Positions 11,983 through 23,022 of a stretch of DNA of 23,022 nucleotides are shown here, piece after piece. Made by a program: the position numbers and the translations under genes. Positions within the stretch are counted from its first letter, which is position 1, and every line of letters starts with the position of its first letter. The notes below the pieces were generated by a model. The model ran no database searches. It was not told where the DNA came from and was given only the letters and a program-made list of their open reading frames with translations. Source of the stretch: Trichinella spiralis (Eukaryota); assembly GCF_000181795.1 (NCBI RefSeq), contig NW_003526943.1, positions 8,157,792-8,180,813 on the forward strand, written 5' to 3'.

Positions 11983-13738
11983 ATGCGCGGTGGTCGGTTG
12001 ATTTCAGTTTTAATTTCTTTGACATTCTGCATGATCGGGTCCCATGCCAGGCCGGGCTTCAGGCTCAGACGTGACGCTCCAAAGACAACGGGCCCGCTGT
12101 TCCACTCTTTCCAAGATATTACTGGTCCTTTGTTGAAAAACGCTGCCAACAATTTGCTTAGCCGTTTGCAAACTTCAGCCGACACAGTACTGGCACCAAA
12201 GCCGACAGTAGAAACGACCGATCCGTTTTTGTCGTTGGTGAACAAATTTACAAATGATGGTGCTCTGAAGGAAACGAGCCTTTTCGACGGCTTCAGCAGT
12301 GGAAAATTGCCTGGCATCGCGCCAATTCCTGTTCCCGGTTTTCCTGGACCTCAGGAAGTGCCTCAAATTCCTGGTGTCAATACAATACCTGGATTGGACA
12401 GTTTCAATTATCTGGTTGGTCAGCTGCTACCCCAGTCTGTACTGCCGATGAATCATTTGCTTGGCGGAACATTGAATCGTGTGTTTCCAAAGACGGCGCC
12501 GAAAAATCTTGCTCAAGGCATATTTCAAAAAATTGCACCCGATGCTGCAAGATTGAGCGTTGAAAGCATGATGGGACGGTGGTTTCAGGTAGAACTTGCT
12601 TTTATAATATATTTTGCATTATTATTGCATAATTTCACGTTACTTTTATAGGTCATCACTAGTCCACATGTTTTGCGAGAAGCTTGTGCCGTTTCTCATT
12701 GTAAGTGCGCAATTTTTCATTTCATTCCATTTTAAAGAATATTAATTTAATTATTATTTAATAATATTAGTAAATCAGAAAAGATGCAATGATTTAAATT
12801 ATGCGCATTTGCTTACATTTAATTCTAAAGCTGCATAGCTAATTTACAATTAAGCGTGTTTCTTAACAATGAATAATTTTTTTGTTCAACTAAATAATTG
12901 CTCATCATGCATGTATTTCAATTTCAGTCGGTGCTTTGACCAATAACACATACAGCGCTACATTCACAATACTGAAATTTTATCGAGAAGGAAACATCGA
13001 TGGACCACCACGATTTTCACTTGGTTATGGCTTCAAGATTGGAGAAAACGGCACGTTTAACATTCATAACAGCAACTCACCAGATACTGAGCCATGTAAA
13101 TAAATTTTGAATCAGTATCTGATCAGTAATATTCTGAATTTTATTTTATTGAAGTTACTGTCGTCAAGGTGGGTCCGTTGAATGATCACAACCAATATGA
13201 CTATGCCATTGTGTCCAATTGGGTAAAATTTCCTGTTTTTGTAATTGCTCGAAATCCGGAAAGGTATGATTACAAAATTAAAATATTTTTTGAGGTTTGA
13301 TTTTATTCTTATATTTTATTTCAGATTTCAGCGATGGTATATGCGAGAGGTGTTGGAATATTTAGAGAAAGAAAGTAAGTTTTATATGATTTTTTGACAC
13401 ATTACATCTTTAGTCTATGATAAAAGTTAGGGTATGATAAATGTGATTATTATATGCACTGTTAACTGTGAAAATCCTTGAAGTAAATAATTTTTAAAAA
13501 TATTTGAAAATCATCATTATTACTTTAATTCTACATTTATTTCATAAAATGTTTTGTACATAGTACAAGAAGTTTTTGTATAATCTAATAACTAATATAA
13601 TTTTGTATAATCTAATATACAACTGTAATATCTATTTTTTCAGAGTACATCAACTTTATTACCAAAGCACTAAATTTGATAGCACCCGTGGATTATGCTG
13701 AATGTCAATACACGCCAACATTTTCTAGTGCGGGTTGA
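11983..13738 (+). CDS. Secreted lipocalin-related protein (nematode LPR family; tentatively LPR-4/5-like), 358 aa, 6 exons
   Basis: Exons 11983-12588, 12652-12700, 12928-13095, 13155-13263, 13325-13374, 13644-13738. Signal peptide (MRGGRLISVLISLTFCMIGSHA), RLRR|DA site, Pro/Gly-rich extension, then lipocalin motifs GRWFQ, KVGPLN..QYDYAIV, IARNP and a Cys pair (REAC / AECQY). AATAAA at 13828-13833. Confidence 0.88.
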
Positions 13739-14332
13739 AAACCTGCTGCAAGCAGACATATCATCTTGTTTCATAGTTTATACTGCCCAAAGAAATTTTC
13801 ACGTTGTTTTTTGTATGAATTTTAAGAAATAAATTTAATGTTATTTTGAAAGTGTTTGTGATTTTTAATAAGAAATTTCTGTTTAAACTGAAATCAAATT
13901 CATGCTCACATATTTCATATATTCGAGTTGGCATATTGCCCGTTGTTGTATCATGCAAATTTCAATCAGCAATGTTAAGAGCAAAATCTAAACTATCCGT
14001 AAATTTCACATTTGCCATTAATCAATATATTATGCTAGTTCATTCACATTACAATTCATTTTAACAAATAAACGCACTACATTTTTAGTATTTACATAAA
14101 ATGAGCTCATGATTGAATTATTTTATTTTTAAATGTGATATAAAATAATGTAATTAATTATCGATCATGATTTTTTTTTAATTTTATTCTTCAGCTTGAG
14201 CTACATTATTAAAAACATGTGTATAATTTTGTTTTTTTATTCAACATTTGAATAGTATGAACAGAAAAAGCGAATATTTTGAGAAACTGCTAAACAGACA
14301 ACAAGTACAATATGGAGTATCGCTTTAATTAA

Positions 14333-16600
14333 TCAGTGCTTTTCGTTGAACAGTGTTGGAGGGAATGTGCAAAAATTATAATCGACCGGTGCGATCAGAT
14401 TCAAAACTTTCGTCCATCCTGCGACTAATTTCTTCTTTTCCAAAAATTCATTGACCTCTGCCTCATATTTTATCTTGTATTGTACCGGGTCCCGAGCCAG
14501 TACGTGCAGTGGATAATTGCATGTCACCGTCATAACCACGTATTCATATTGGCCTCTTGAATTCAATGGGCCAGTTTTAATGATGTGAACTAAATGTAAA
14601 GCTTTTGTCAGCAATCGGAAACATTTTACAACAATCCTCAAGAATTCATCAGATCACTTCAAATGAATACAATAACTTTAATAATAGATTATAATGATGC
14701 TTTCAATTATACAAAAGCTTACCCCGAATATCATTTGGACTATTAGAGGTACGGTACACCAACTGACCAGGCCCTTTTACAATACCATAACCGGAAGCTA
14801 TTTTTGGTTTCATCTGATTGGATGCTCCGGTGGTATACTCAAAGGTATCGAATATTGTACCTGAATTACCCTTTCCTACATCAGCAACTTTCTGATCTGT
14901 AAATAAAAAAATAAAAGGATTGTAATTTGAAGATGTTCTGTGTCAAAACTGCTAAAATGACAAATTTTAAAAACATTTAGATTCAGTTTCGGCAATTTCA
15001 GAAAATCAAAAAATAATTTTTATATGCATACGTACAATGGAATGAGGGAAACTTCTGAAACTGAACAAAAACATAATTAAATAAATGTTCGTGATTATCA
15101 ATTATCTGTAAAAATATAGTTTCAGCAGAGTTATTAAAAAATTTAAATTTCACATTTTTAATTACGATAAATATAATAAATATTAAAGTTCCTAATTCAA
15201 TGATTTACTTTTATTATACAACAGAAAAGTGACTTGTTATTACTTTTATCAGTGCATGATATCACATGTTATCATTTATATTCATTATTTCTAATTTTAC
15301 AAAACTTTAAAGAGTTTATAATTTTTGTGTTTGCATGTTTTGAGTAAATAAAGTTGTAACTTACATGTTATCATGCTGCAAGGACCAGATGACAAAGGAG
15401 GGCTGTAGACAACCTGAAAATTAAACAAATTAAAAAAACTTCTTAAAATACGCATTGTATGTGTGGGTGAAAGTGATTTTAAAATATTTAAATAATTTTA
15501 CAAAATTATCTAAAATGCATATATACCTGATACCATTTACCAGTAAATTTGTCAATGTCAAAAGTTTGTACTGTTTCTGGTTGGGGCTGACAAAATGGAC
15601 TGTTCGGTTGGAGAAGCAAATTTTCAACAAGCGCCAGATTAGTGCCAACGGCAACGTTCTCCACTTCTCTCTGGAGTGCGTGTTTATTTGCTTTTGGGTC
15701 CACGTTGGATAGAATGTTATACAGTGCGCCGGAAAGCATGCTGGATCCCGGAGCTCCTGGAGGTTTCAAACCTCCTAAAGCTTTCAGTTCATCCATGCTT
15801 ACCTGTTCAGCTAATCGATTCAAACCAACACTGTGCAAAATTTGTGATACTAAGCCGCCACGTTTATGTGGTGGTTCAGGTACAGGGAATGGAAGTGGAG
15901 GCTCTTTGCCAGAGGAAAACGAATCTTCAGCAACTGGCTGAGATGATCGAGGCAAACCACTACCAGTTTTAAACGAAGATTGTACAGGAGAAACTTTTGA
16001 CAAGCCAAGTTGAAGTTTTTCTTCAGCTTCTTTGATCAGAGGTTGAAAAATGTCACCAAAGCTTTCCGCCCGCGTGGTAACTTCAGATGGCTCAGATTTC
16101 GCTAGAGGACCCAAGCCTGCTTCCGGCACGTCCGGTCGATTAGAAGGATACAAACCAATGGAGGCGGGTTGAACAATCGGTGCCTTGGGCAAATCGGGTC
16201 TGTAGTTTGGAATGCCAGAAATGCTAGACCGACCAGAAATCGGTTTGGAACCACTGCAAGATGGTGGGCTGATCGCAGCTGTTGTCGAACCGTCGACCAA
16301 ACGTTCTGCTAATTTTAATCCCGTCGCTATTTCGTTCGGGATTTTCACCGTAACAGCTCCAGCCGCATTGTCGTTTGCGTCGATCACATCGAAACTTGCC
16401 GGAGGAATCACACCAGGTAGGTAAGAATCAACCAGACGCCTGGTCTTCACATCAGATAATTGAAAAAAATGAGCTAAATCAGCCGGCACGCTTGGCTTTG
16501 GTGCTTCTCGTTGGACTGGAGGAAGCTGAAACGTACCGCCATGGACAATTGTCGCCAAATTTGAAATCACCAACAACAAGAGATGAAGCCAGCTGCGCAT
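14333..16600 (-). CDS. Secreted lipocalin-related protein (nematode LPR family; tentatively LPR-6-like, ApoD-type Cys pattern), 517 aa, 4 exons
   Basis: Minus-strand exons 16600-15527, 15413-15365, 14896-14723, 14589-14333. Signal peptide, about 310-aa Pro/Ser-rich extension, then CQPQPETVQTFDIDKFTGKWYQVVYSPPLSSGPCSM...KTGPLNSRGQYEYVVMTVTCNYPLHVLARDP...NFCTFPP. Confidence 0.88.
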
Positions 16601-18108
16601 AGTAGCTTTTTCTGATGCTTATTTCGAACAAAAAGCTTTTGCGCAACTCAGACTAACGAGTTGATTGCCAAGTCGATGCGAATAAGGTCAGCTCTTGGAC
16701 ACAGCCGGTCGCTTTATGCAACGAACAATATGCCCGTTCAAAGGTTGTTCACCTCCGACCAGCCCTTTGGGTTCAACTTATTCCGACCAGACGCTGAACT
16801 CTGCACACAGTCACCGCCATCTGCCCTACTACCTTGTAATTTTCTTAAAAAATTCTCAATTTTTGAAACAAAATATACTTTTGAAAGCAAAAATTAATTC
16901 ATCAGACGAAACATTAAATTTCATACATGCATACATATATATGGAACAACTTGAATCATATTTGAAATTTAGAAAACAAAAATGATCATCACGCTTAGAG
17001 ACTTCATTTTAGTGAAATTTCATTTTAAAAATAATAATGCCTGCAGTTTTTCAGACATTTCTATTGCAAAGTTTATAATAGGAATTAAAACATCATTCAT
17101 AGAACGCATTCAAACAATGTGCAATTTTTTTTGCTTCTACTATTTCAATGAAAACATGATTATGAATCAATTTTTCTAAAAACTATTTCAAATTTTCGTT
17201 GATTTATATCGAATTTCAAAGATGATTATATGAATAATTTTTCATAATGATAAAAATTACGCATAATTCATCAAACATCTGATTCAACTTTCCCTATTTA
17301 CGCAGTGGTTGAAAATTGCAATATGAATAATTAAAAACCACCCACATCCTTAACACAATTTTTTGAATAGTAATTCACAGTTACTGCTTTACATCACACA
17401 TTCACAAAGTAATTTTTTTATTCTTTTAAATACAGTAAAAAATGCATGAGTACAGTATATTAATGATTATAAAGTTAATTAAAGTATTTTGATCAACTTG
17501 AACTTATTTATACAATGTGTGACATCTGATTCTTGAAATTTTAACAAAAAGATATATGATTTCTATGAACATGAAACATTTTTTTAAATAATGTCAAAAT
17601 TGACCAAAGAAATTGCTATCATAAATATTATCAATGCAAAATTAATTATACAGACAGTTACTATTGATAATTTTTATTAGCAATAAGATTTTGTTCAGCA
17701 TGTGATTTATGATTGAAAATTTCAACAGTAAATGTACGAACTAGTTTGAAAAAAAGAAACATCAAGTAAAATTTCGAATGAGCGTACGTTATTATAAAGA
17801 AAATTATCTCAAATTTTAATATTTCGTAGTAAATTTTTCACAGAGAATTATTTTCTCATACAGTGAACCTCTGATTATGAAAACATCACACTGTTGTAAT
17901 TGAAGACGAGAAAAAAATGTCACCCGAAGATGTTGGGGTAAATTAAAAAGTATAAGCATAAAATTTTTGGGAAAACTGACAATACCATCCTATTCACCTT
18001 GCACGGGTCAACAACCGTTGAAAATGTCATTTTAGAAAAGGTGGCAAGTGCACATAAAGTACCCAGTTCGCTTCTTCGTCGACTATCCCTTAAGTGTTTG
18101 GGCGAAAG

Positions 18109-19605
18109 ATGAGCAACAAGAAGTTCTTGTTGCATTTTGTTTTCCTCATCGCACAGCCGATATGGGTTTTTTCAATTGGAGAAGATTTGGTAAGTTTTAA
18201 AATTGTTTTTTATAAAAAAAATACTTGCAAACTAATAAAATGTTGAATTTATTTAAAGCTGAATTCCAAAACTCTGCTTGGTCTTGCCGGAGGCTTTACA
18301 AGCATGTTCAAAAAATTTCCACGACGGGAAATTGAAGTTGAGAAAGTTCTTGGAAAATGGTTTCAGGTATATTTTTTAAGAAAGAAAAAAATGTATATAG
18401 AATATACAGATGTAAAGATAGGATAATAAAGTTTTTCAAAATATGACAACAGTCAACAATGAAGCATCAGACATGTTATGCTTTGGTTAAGAAGTCCACA
18501 AGTGAAATAAATTCTGATGTTCTACTTTCAGATGTACAGAGCAGCGGTTAATTTGGATCAGTTTCAATCAACGATGTATTGCCATGTAGCATACTGTAAG
18601 ATTTTGTAATATGCGTACCCTGGTGAAGATTTATATTATTTATTTAAAAATATGCAGTCCGAGAAAACAAAGTTATGGGGAAAGATGGCTTTTCGATCAT
18701 TGAAGCATTTCGAACGGCATCCAAAGATGGACCAGTTCACACCTATAAACGAGATTTGAGCAAGTCGAATACGGGAGAATATTGGATGTTTACAGAAGAT
18801 TATTTCTACCCAAGACAGTGTAATTATTTTTATTTATTCTTACATGTAAAACTTACACGTTTACTTAAAATGCACTTTAAATTCAATTAACCAAGAATGT
18901 ATAAATTGGTCCAATAAAAGGATTCATCAAGGGGGAAAATTAAAAATAACCGGCGACTGAATCTAGAAAATGACTTATTAATAAATTTTATAACGTTCTG
19001 AAAATATTGATCAAATACGAAATAATTATAACTGTCATAATACTAAAATAAGTATTCATATTCACTTGTTTTACAACACAATTAATTTGTAAATTAATAC
19101 AAAGTAAAATTATGAATACTAATGAAACCTAATCACCCAGAAGCTATTCTGCTTCGTGCAAAGATTTATTTTATATCACTGAAAATTGAAAATAATATAC
19201 ATATATTCATATTAATTTCTTATTTTCAATTCATTTTCATTTCATCTGAAGTTACTTTGTTATTTAGTCTTCGTATTTGACGTTGGACCAATAGTGAATA
19301 ATTCTTACGAATACATAATCATCACGGATGCAAACCGAATCAGCCTGAGTGTTTACGCTCGGGATCCAGCAATGTTCCACAAAATGTATGATGCGCAAGT
19401 GACTGATGTTCTGAACAAAGGCGGCTTTGGTGGTTATGCATTCTGGAATCGACCAGTGGCTATTTATCAGGGCTTGGACTGCGTTTATACAGAAGAGAAA
19501 GAAATTTTTATTCGACGATCGTTGAAACAAGCTATTCAAGACAAATCCACTGAAACGTCGCAAATTTTAAACAGCGCTCGTCAACTGTTTGCACCAACCG
19601 TTTAA
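18109..19605 (+). CDS. Secreted lipocalin-related protein (nematode LPR family; tentatively LPR-3-like), 250 aa, 5 exons
   Basis: Exons 18109-18189, 18259-18366, 18532-18595, 18658-18819, 19268-19605. MSNKKFLLHFVFLIAQPIWVFS signal peptide; EIEVEKVLGKWFQMYRAAVN..MYCHVAYF; DVGP..YEYIIITDANRISLSVYARDP; C-terminal YQGLDC. AATAAA at 19677-19682. Confidence 0.88.
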
Positions 19606-21142
19606 TAACACTATTCTCAGCTGAAAATTTTGAATGTATCATGTTTCATAGTTTTTGTACTTAAATCATTTTGAAGAATAAAAAATTTAAATATTGACAT
19701 AACAGTCATTTTGCATTGTTGCACAGCAACCGTAAAAATGTATATAATTAAAACATTTATACATTCAAAATTCGTTGCGGGTACGGCAGATGAATTAAGT
19801 TTTCCGTTCATATATAGCAGTTTATAATGATTTTTATTTTTACATTTGCCATTTTTATAAATGATCTTTTAATGATAATGGTGATGCTTATTTTTATTCT
19901 CTCATTGTAGAGTGATATGAACAATAATGTTTATAATTGAAATTGCATAATGCAATTACATTTATTGCTGCTGCATTACTTCATATAATCTGTATTGATC
20001 ATCACATGTTATTATCTAAAGGGTTTTTCATAAATAAATAACATCTAAGTTGATAGCGTTCAAACTTTCAGTGTTAACACACGCTTTTTTACTATGCAAT
20101 GCAATATCAGTTACAATGGTAGCTGATGTACAAATGGCAGAAAATGTTGCATCAGTTCATTCGGTTATGCACAATGCATTAATTGTGAGTTTTAAAGAAT
20201 TTGAAAATAAAACTTCCATTATGTGACAATAAAATGTGAATTTTAGTAGATATGTTCTAAATTTCCCACCAGCTAACTGGCAATTCTGCGCCAATCTTGA
20301 CACTGTTGTGAAAACTGCGTGAAAGCTGTACATGATCTATTGTTATGCACACATGCGATACATGCAGCCATGTTTATTAAATTTGAAATGTACATGACCT
20401 TATTTTACATGTACATTCAAAAAACAGTTACAAAAAATGTGTAAACAATTCTACCTTATTCATAATTTTGCAAAAAATATCATTAAAATTCATTACTGTC
20501 GCACTGTTGATGATATTACATTGCGAAAAGCAGGGATTACAAGAACAGTAATACGACGAGGATTGCACAATTATAGATAAATAATAATGGTAAATCAATT
20601 TTTCGTTTTAATGTTTATATTAAAAATATATAAACTTGTTTTTAAATATATTATAATGCATTGTAGCAAAATATAACGCAAAATAAATAATCAACTTAAA
20701 CGCTTGACCTACTTTCAATATTCGATGCTCAGGTAGTTATATACAGTACATTCAAATTGTTGCAATTTTTAACTGTTGTTGCAAATGTAAGTTATAAATT
20801 TTCATGAACACAAGTGAAAATGTAAACAAATAAAATATTAAGAATATAGTTTTGTAAATTATATGGTAAAGTTTTTTTATACTAAATTTTAAAGTGTTAC
20901 AGGGCTTCAGGTTTTCAGATGTTAAGCTTTGGTAATATATTTGTTTCATATTTGATTTATATTATTGTTTGCCAGTGGATAGTAGTTTGTATGATGAATA
21001 AATAGAAATTACAAAAGTTGATAAAAACTGTATATTGAGACTTTGAAATGAACTTGTTTATGCTGTGATAAAAGAGTTCGAGGAAATTTGAGATAATGTT
21101 TTTTGTTAATGATAGTGGTACTCATTTTTTGATCTTTTTCAG

Positions 21143-22157
21143 ATGGTGAGAAAGCAGTCTATCAAACTGAATTTACAGTTTGAGAAAGAGGAATCTATGT
21201 TAAATCGGCTTAAAAAGCTGTTAAATCAAGCCAAAGTGAAAATTCCTCCATCAGTTAGTCGTCATTTGGCAACGTGTTTTTATGAACTTTTTCTACAGGT
21301 AACTTACAGTTTAGCAAAGTTTAATTTGAATGGAATAAAGTATGAGTTATTATTTTATTGCGTTTTGTAATTTTTTAGCATGACAATGAACTACTTTTTA
21401 AATCTATGCGAAATTTGTTGCTTCTTCCATTGAGAGTAAAGGAAGAATTTCCATCAGCCAGCTATGTTTTATGTGAAGTTGCCAAGTGGATGGTACACTT
21501 GTATAAGACTAATAAGGAACCTGTAAAAGAAAGAGAATTTTTTCTTGAAATTTTAAAGTTAATGCTGCAGGTCAGTGAAAGAGTTTGAAATATTTTGTTG
21601 TTTTATAAAGTTTATTTTTTCTTTTTAGTTAATGAAAGTGCGAAACAAAGCAGTGAGGTTTCGTTCATGTGAATTTATTGGAAATTTGTTAAATGAAATG
21701 GCCGATGAAGAAATTGAATTGCAAGATTTTGAAGATATTTTCGAGGATTTGTTGAAAACTTTATTTCTGAAGACAATTGATTGTTGTGGTCGAGTGCGTT
21801 TAGCTGCTATCAGGCCCATTGCGATACTTCAGCAGCCACAAGATGAAAATTGTAGAGCTGTTGGAGGTTAGTTGAGTAAATGCTTTTTGAATGTTGGCTT
21901 GATCTTTTTTATTTTGATTGTTGTAGCATTGGTTTTTTTAATGAAACGTGATCGGATGATAGAAATTCGCTGTCAAGCTTTGAAAAACATTGCAGTTACC
22001 AAACGTACTCTACCAGATTTGTTGGAACGTACGCGAGATAGACACCCAGTCATGCGTATGTTAGCTTTCAAATTTATTGTGAAAAGTATTCCTCCAAAGT
22101 TTTTAACTATCAAGCAGCGTGTGTTGATTCTTGAACAAGGATTAAACGACACAATTG
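21143..22157 (+). CDS. NCAPG: Condensin I HEAT subunit CAP-G (NCAPG/Cnd3/Ycg1), N-terminal exons, 3'-partial
   Basis: Exons 21143-21298, 21379-21570, 21629-21866, 21927-22157 splice in frame. Motifs NKAVRFRSC, VRLAAI...LQQPQDENC, EIRCQALKNIAVTKRTLPDLLERTRD, LTIKQRVLILEQGLND match the CAP-G N-terminal HEAT repeats. No further CAP-G-like exon was found before the window end. Confidence 0.9.
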
Positions 22158-22846
22158 GTGAGCGAATTTTTTTTATTCATTATGATTCATTCATGTTTTA
22201 ATTGTTCTCCAGTTTCAATTACAGAAAATGCTTGGATTGTAAATGTCCATTTTTAACAGTATACTTAGCGTAACATCTAAATAATGATAATTTTATAAAA
22301 ATAATATGCAATATGATTTATCATTTTGTTTTTTTTAAATCTATTATATTTTTTGAATATGATAGTTTAATTTAGTTTAATTCTGATGAAGAGAGAAAGT
22401 AAACGTGGATAAAACTGAAAGTGGAAGCAAGCTTTAAATGCTTTTAAATAAAACTGTGAAATTTAGAGATAGGAAATTTACATTTTGTTTTATGATGTTT
22501 AAATTTTTTAATGATGAAATTTTACTTTTTTGCCTTTAATTTAAATATTGCTTGTGTGAATAAAAATTGTTTAGTCATTTTGTTTAATTGTCATGTTGTA
22601 AAATTTCACCTTGAAAGTAAGTAATATTTATTCATCAGATGGTCTTTTCGTACTATGTACATATTTTAACGTTTGTGGTATTTTGGATCCCAAACATGAA
22701 ACGCCTGTTTTTCGCCTCATTATTTCATTGAATTCACTGAAATTGTACTTTGAAGTTTATAGATTTTATTATTATAATAATTTTCAACGCAGACATATTT
22801 ATTGAATTTGAAATGACCTATATGTTGAGATGCTTTGCTTGTCATA

Positions 22847-23022
22847 TCAGTTGGGACAGATGTTGTGTACGTGCTTTTTGCAGCACGGCACCTGGCATCA
22901 GTCACAGCATTTTCCTACATTTTACGCAACGCTGTGTGCGTTGTAGTTGCTTTTTTGTGGTGGGGGTATCGACATTTACCACCTAGCGCTTTGGATGATC
23001 TTTTTCCAAAGGCACAGACAAA
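22847..23022 (-). mobile_element. Degenerate piggyBac-type transposase C-terminal Cys-rich domain (fossil fragment)
   Basis: The minus strand reads ...TTKKQLQRTQRCVKCRK, then after a 1-nt frameshift C-D-*-C-Q-V-P-C-C-K-K-H-V-H-N-I-C-P-N-*. This is the C-x2-C-x4-C-x2-H-x4-C-x2-C spacing of the piggyBac CRD, with stops at 22898-22900 and 22847-22849. GC content is higher than in the flanking intron. Confidence 0.55.

Noticed and set aside
11715..12317. 200-aa antisense ORF over the first lipocalin
   Set aside because: Shadow ORF of a GC-richer coding exon and promoter with no recognisable motif; the same applies to 15642-15972 and 16212-16602
13574..13617. 17-nt direct repeat ttttgtataatctaata in a lipocalin intron
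   Set aside because: Two copies of low-complexity AT sequence; a local slippage duplication, not an array or element
22213..22256. Possible short terminal exon for CAP-G (ctccag|..SITENAWIVNVHF*)
   Set aside because: No resemblance to the expected CAP-G continuation; cannot be supported without transcripts
22750..22986. Cys-rich plus-strand ORF as CAP-G exon 5
   Set aside because: Not HEAT-like; better explained as the antisense of the piggyBac-type fragment
1..23022. Prokaryotic-type systems (CRISPR arrays, operons), tRNA or rRNA genes
   Set aside because: The window is spliced eukaryotic DNA; no regularly spaced repeat-spacer array or structured RNA gene was recognisable by eye

Overview
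AT-rich, intron-dense eukaryotic DNA from a nematode. The evidence is short GT-AG introns, ttttcag acceptors, a complexin ending in PFGK and LPR-type lipocalins; a clade I nematode such as Trichinella is my inference, not proven. Most entries in the ORF track are exon fragments or noise. Manual splicing gives seven protein-coding genes: the 3' part of RPAP1 (+, 257-3473); a two-exon, 70-aa, 9-Cys metallothionein-like gene absent from the ORF track, with an MRE/CCAAT/TATA promoter (+, 4793-5925); complexin (-, 7002-8978); three secreted lipocalin-related genes arranged +/-/+ (11983-13738, 14333-16600, 18109-19605); and the 5' exons of condensin I CAP-G (+, 21143-22157, incomplete). Downstream of CAP-G exon 4, a degenerate piggyBac-type transposase Cys-rich domain lies on the minus strand at the window end. 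Best leads: the single-domain metallothionein with an MTF-1-type element, the lipocalin cluster with Pro-rich extensions and shared intron positions, possible alternative C-termini of complexin, and the piggyBac fossil. All family assignments come from motif recall, not database searches.
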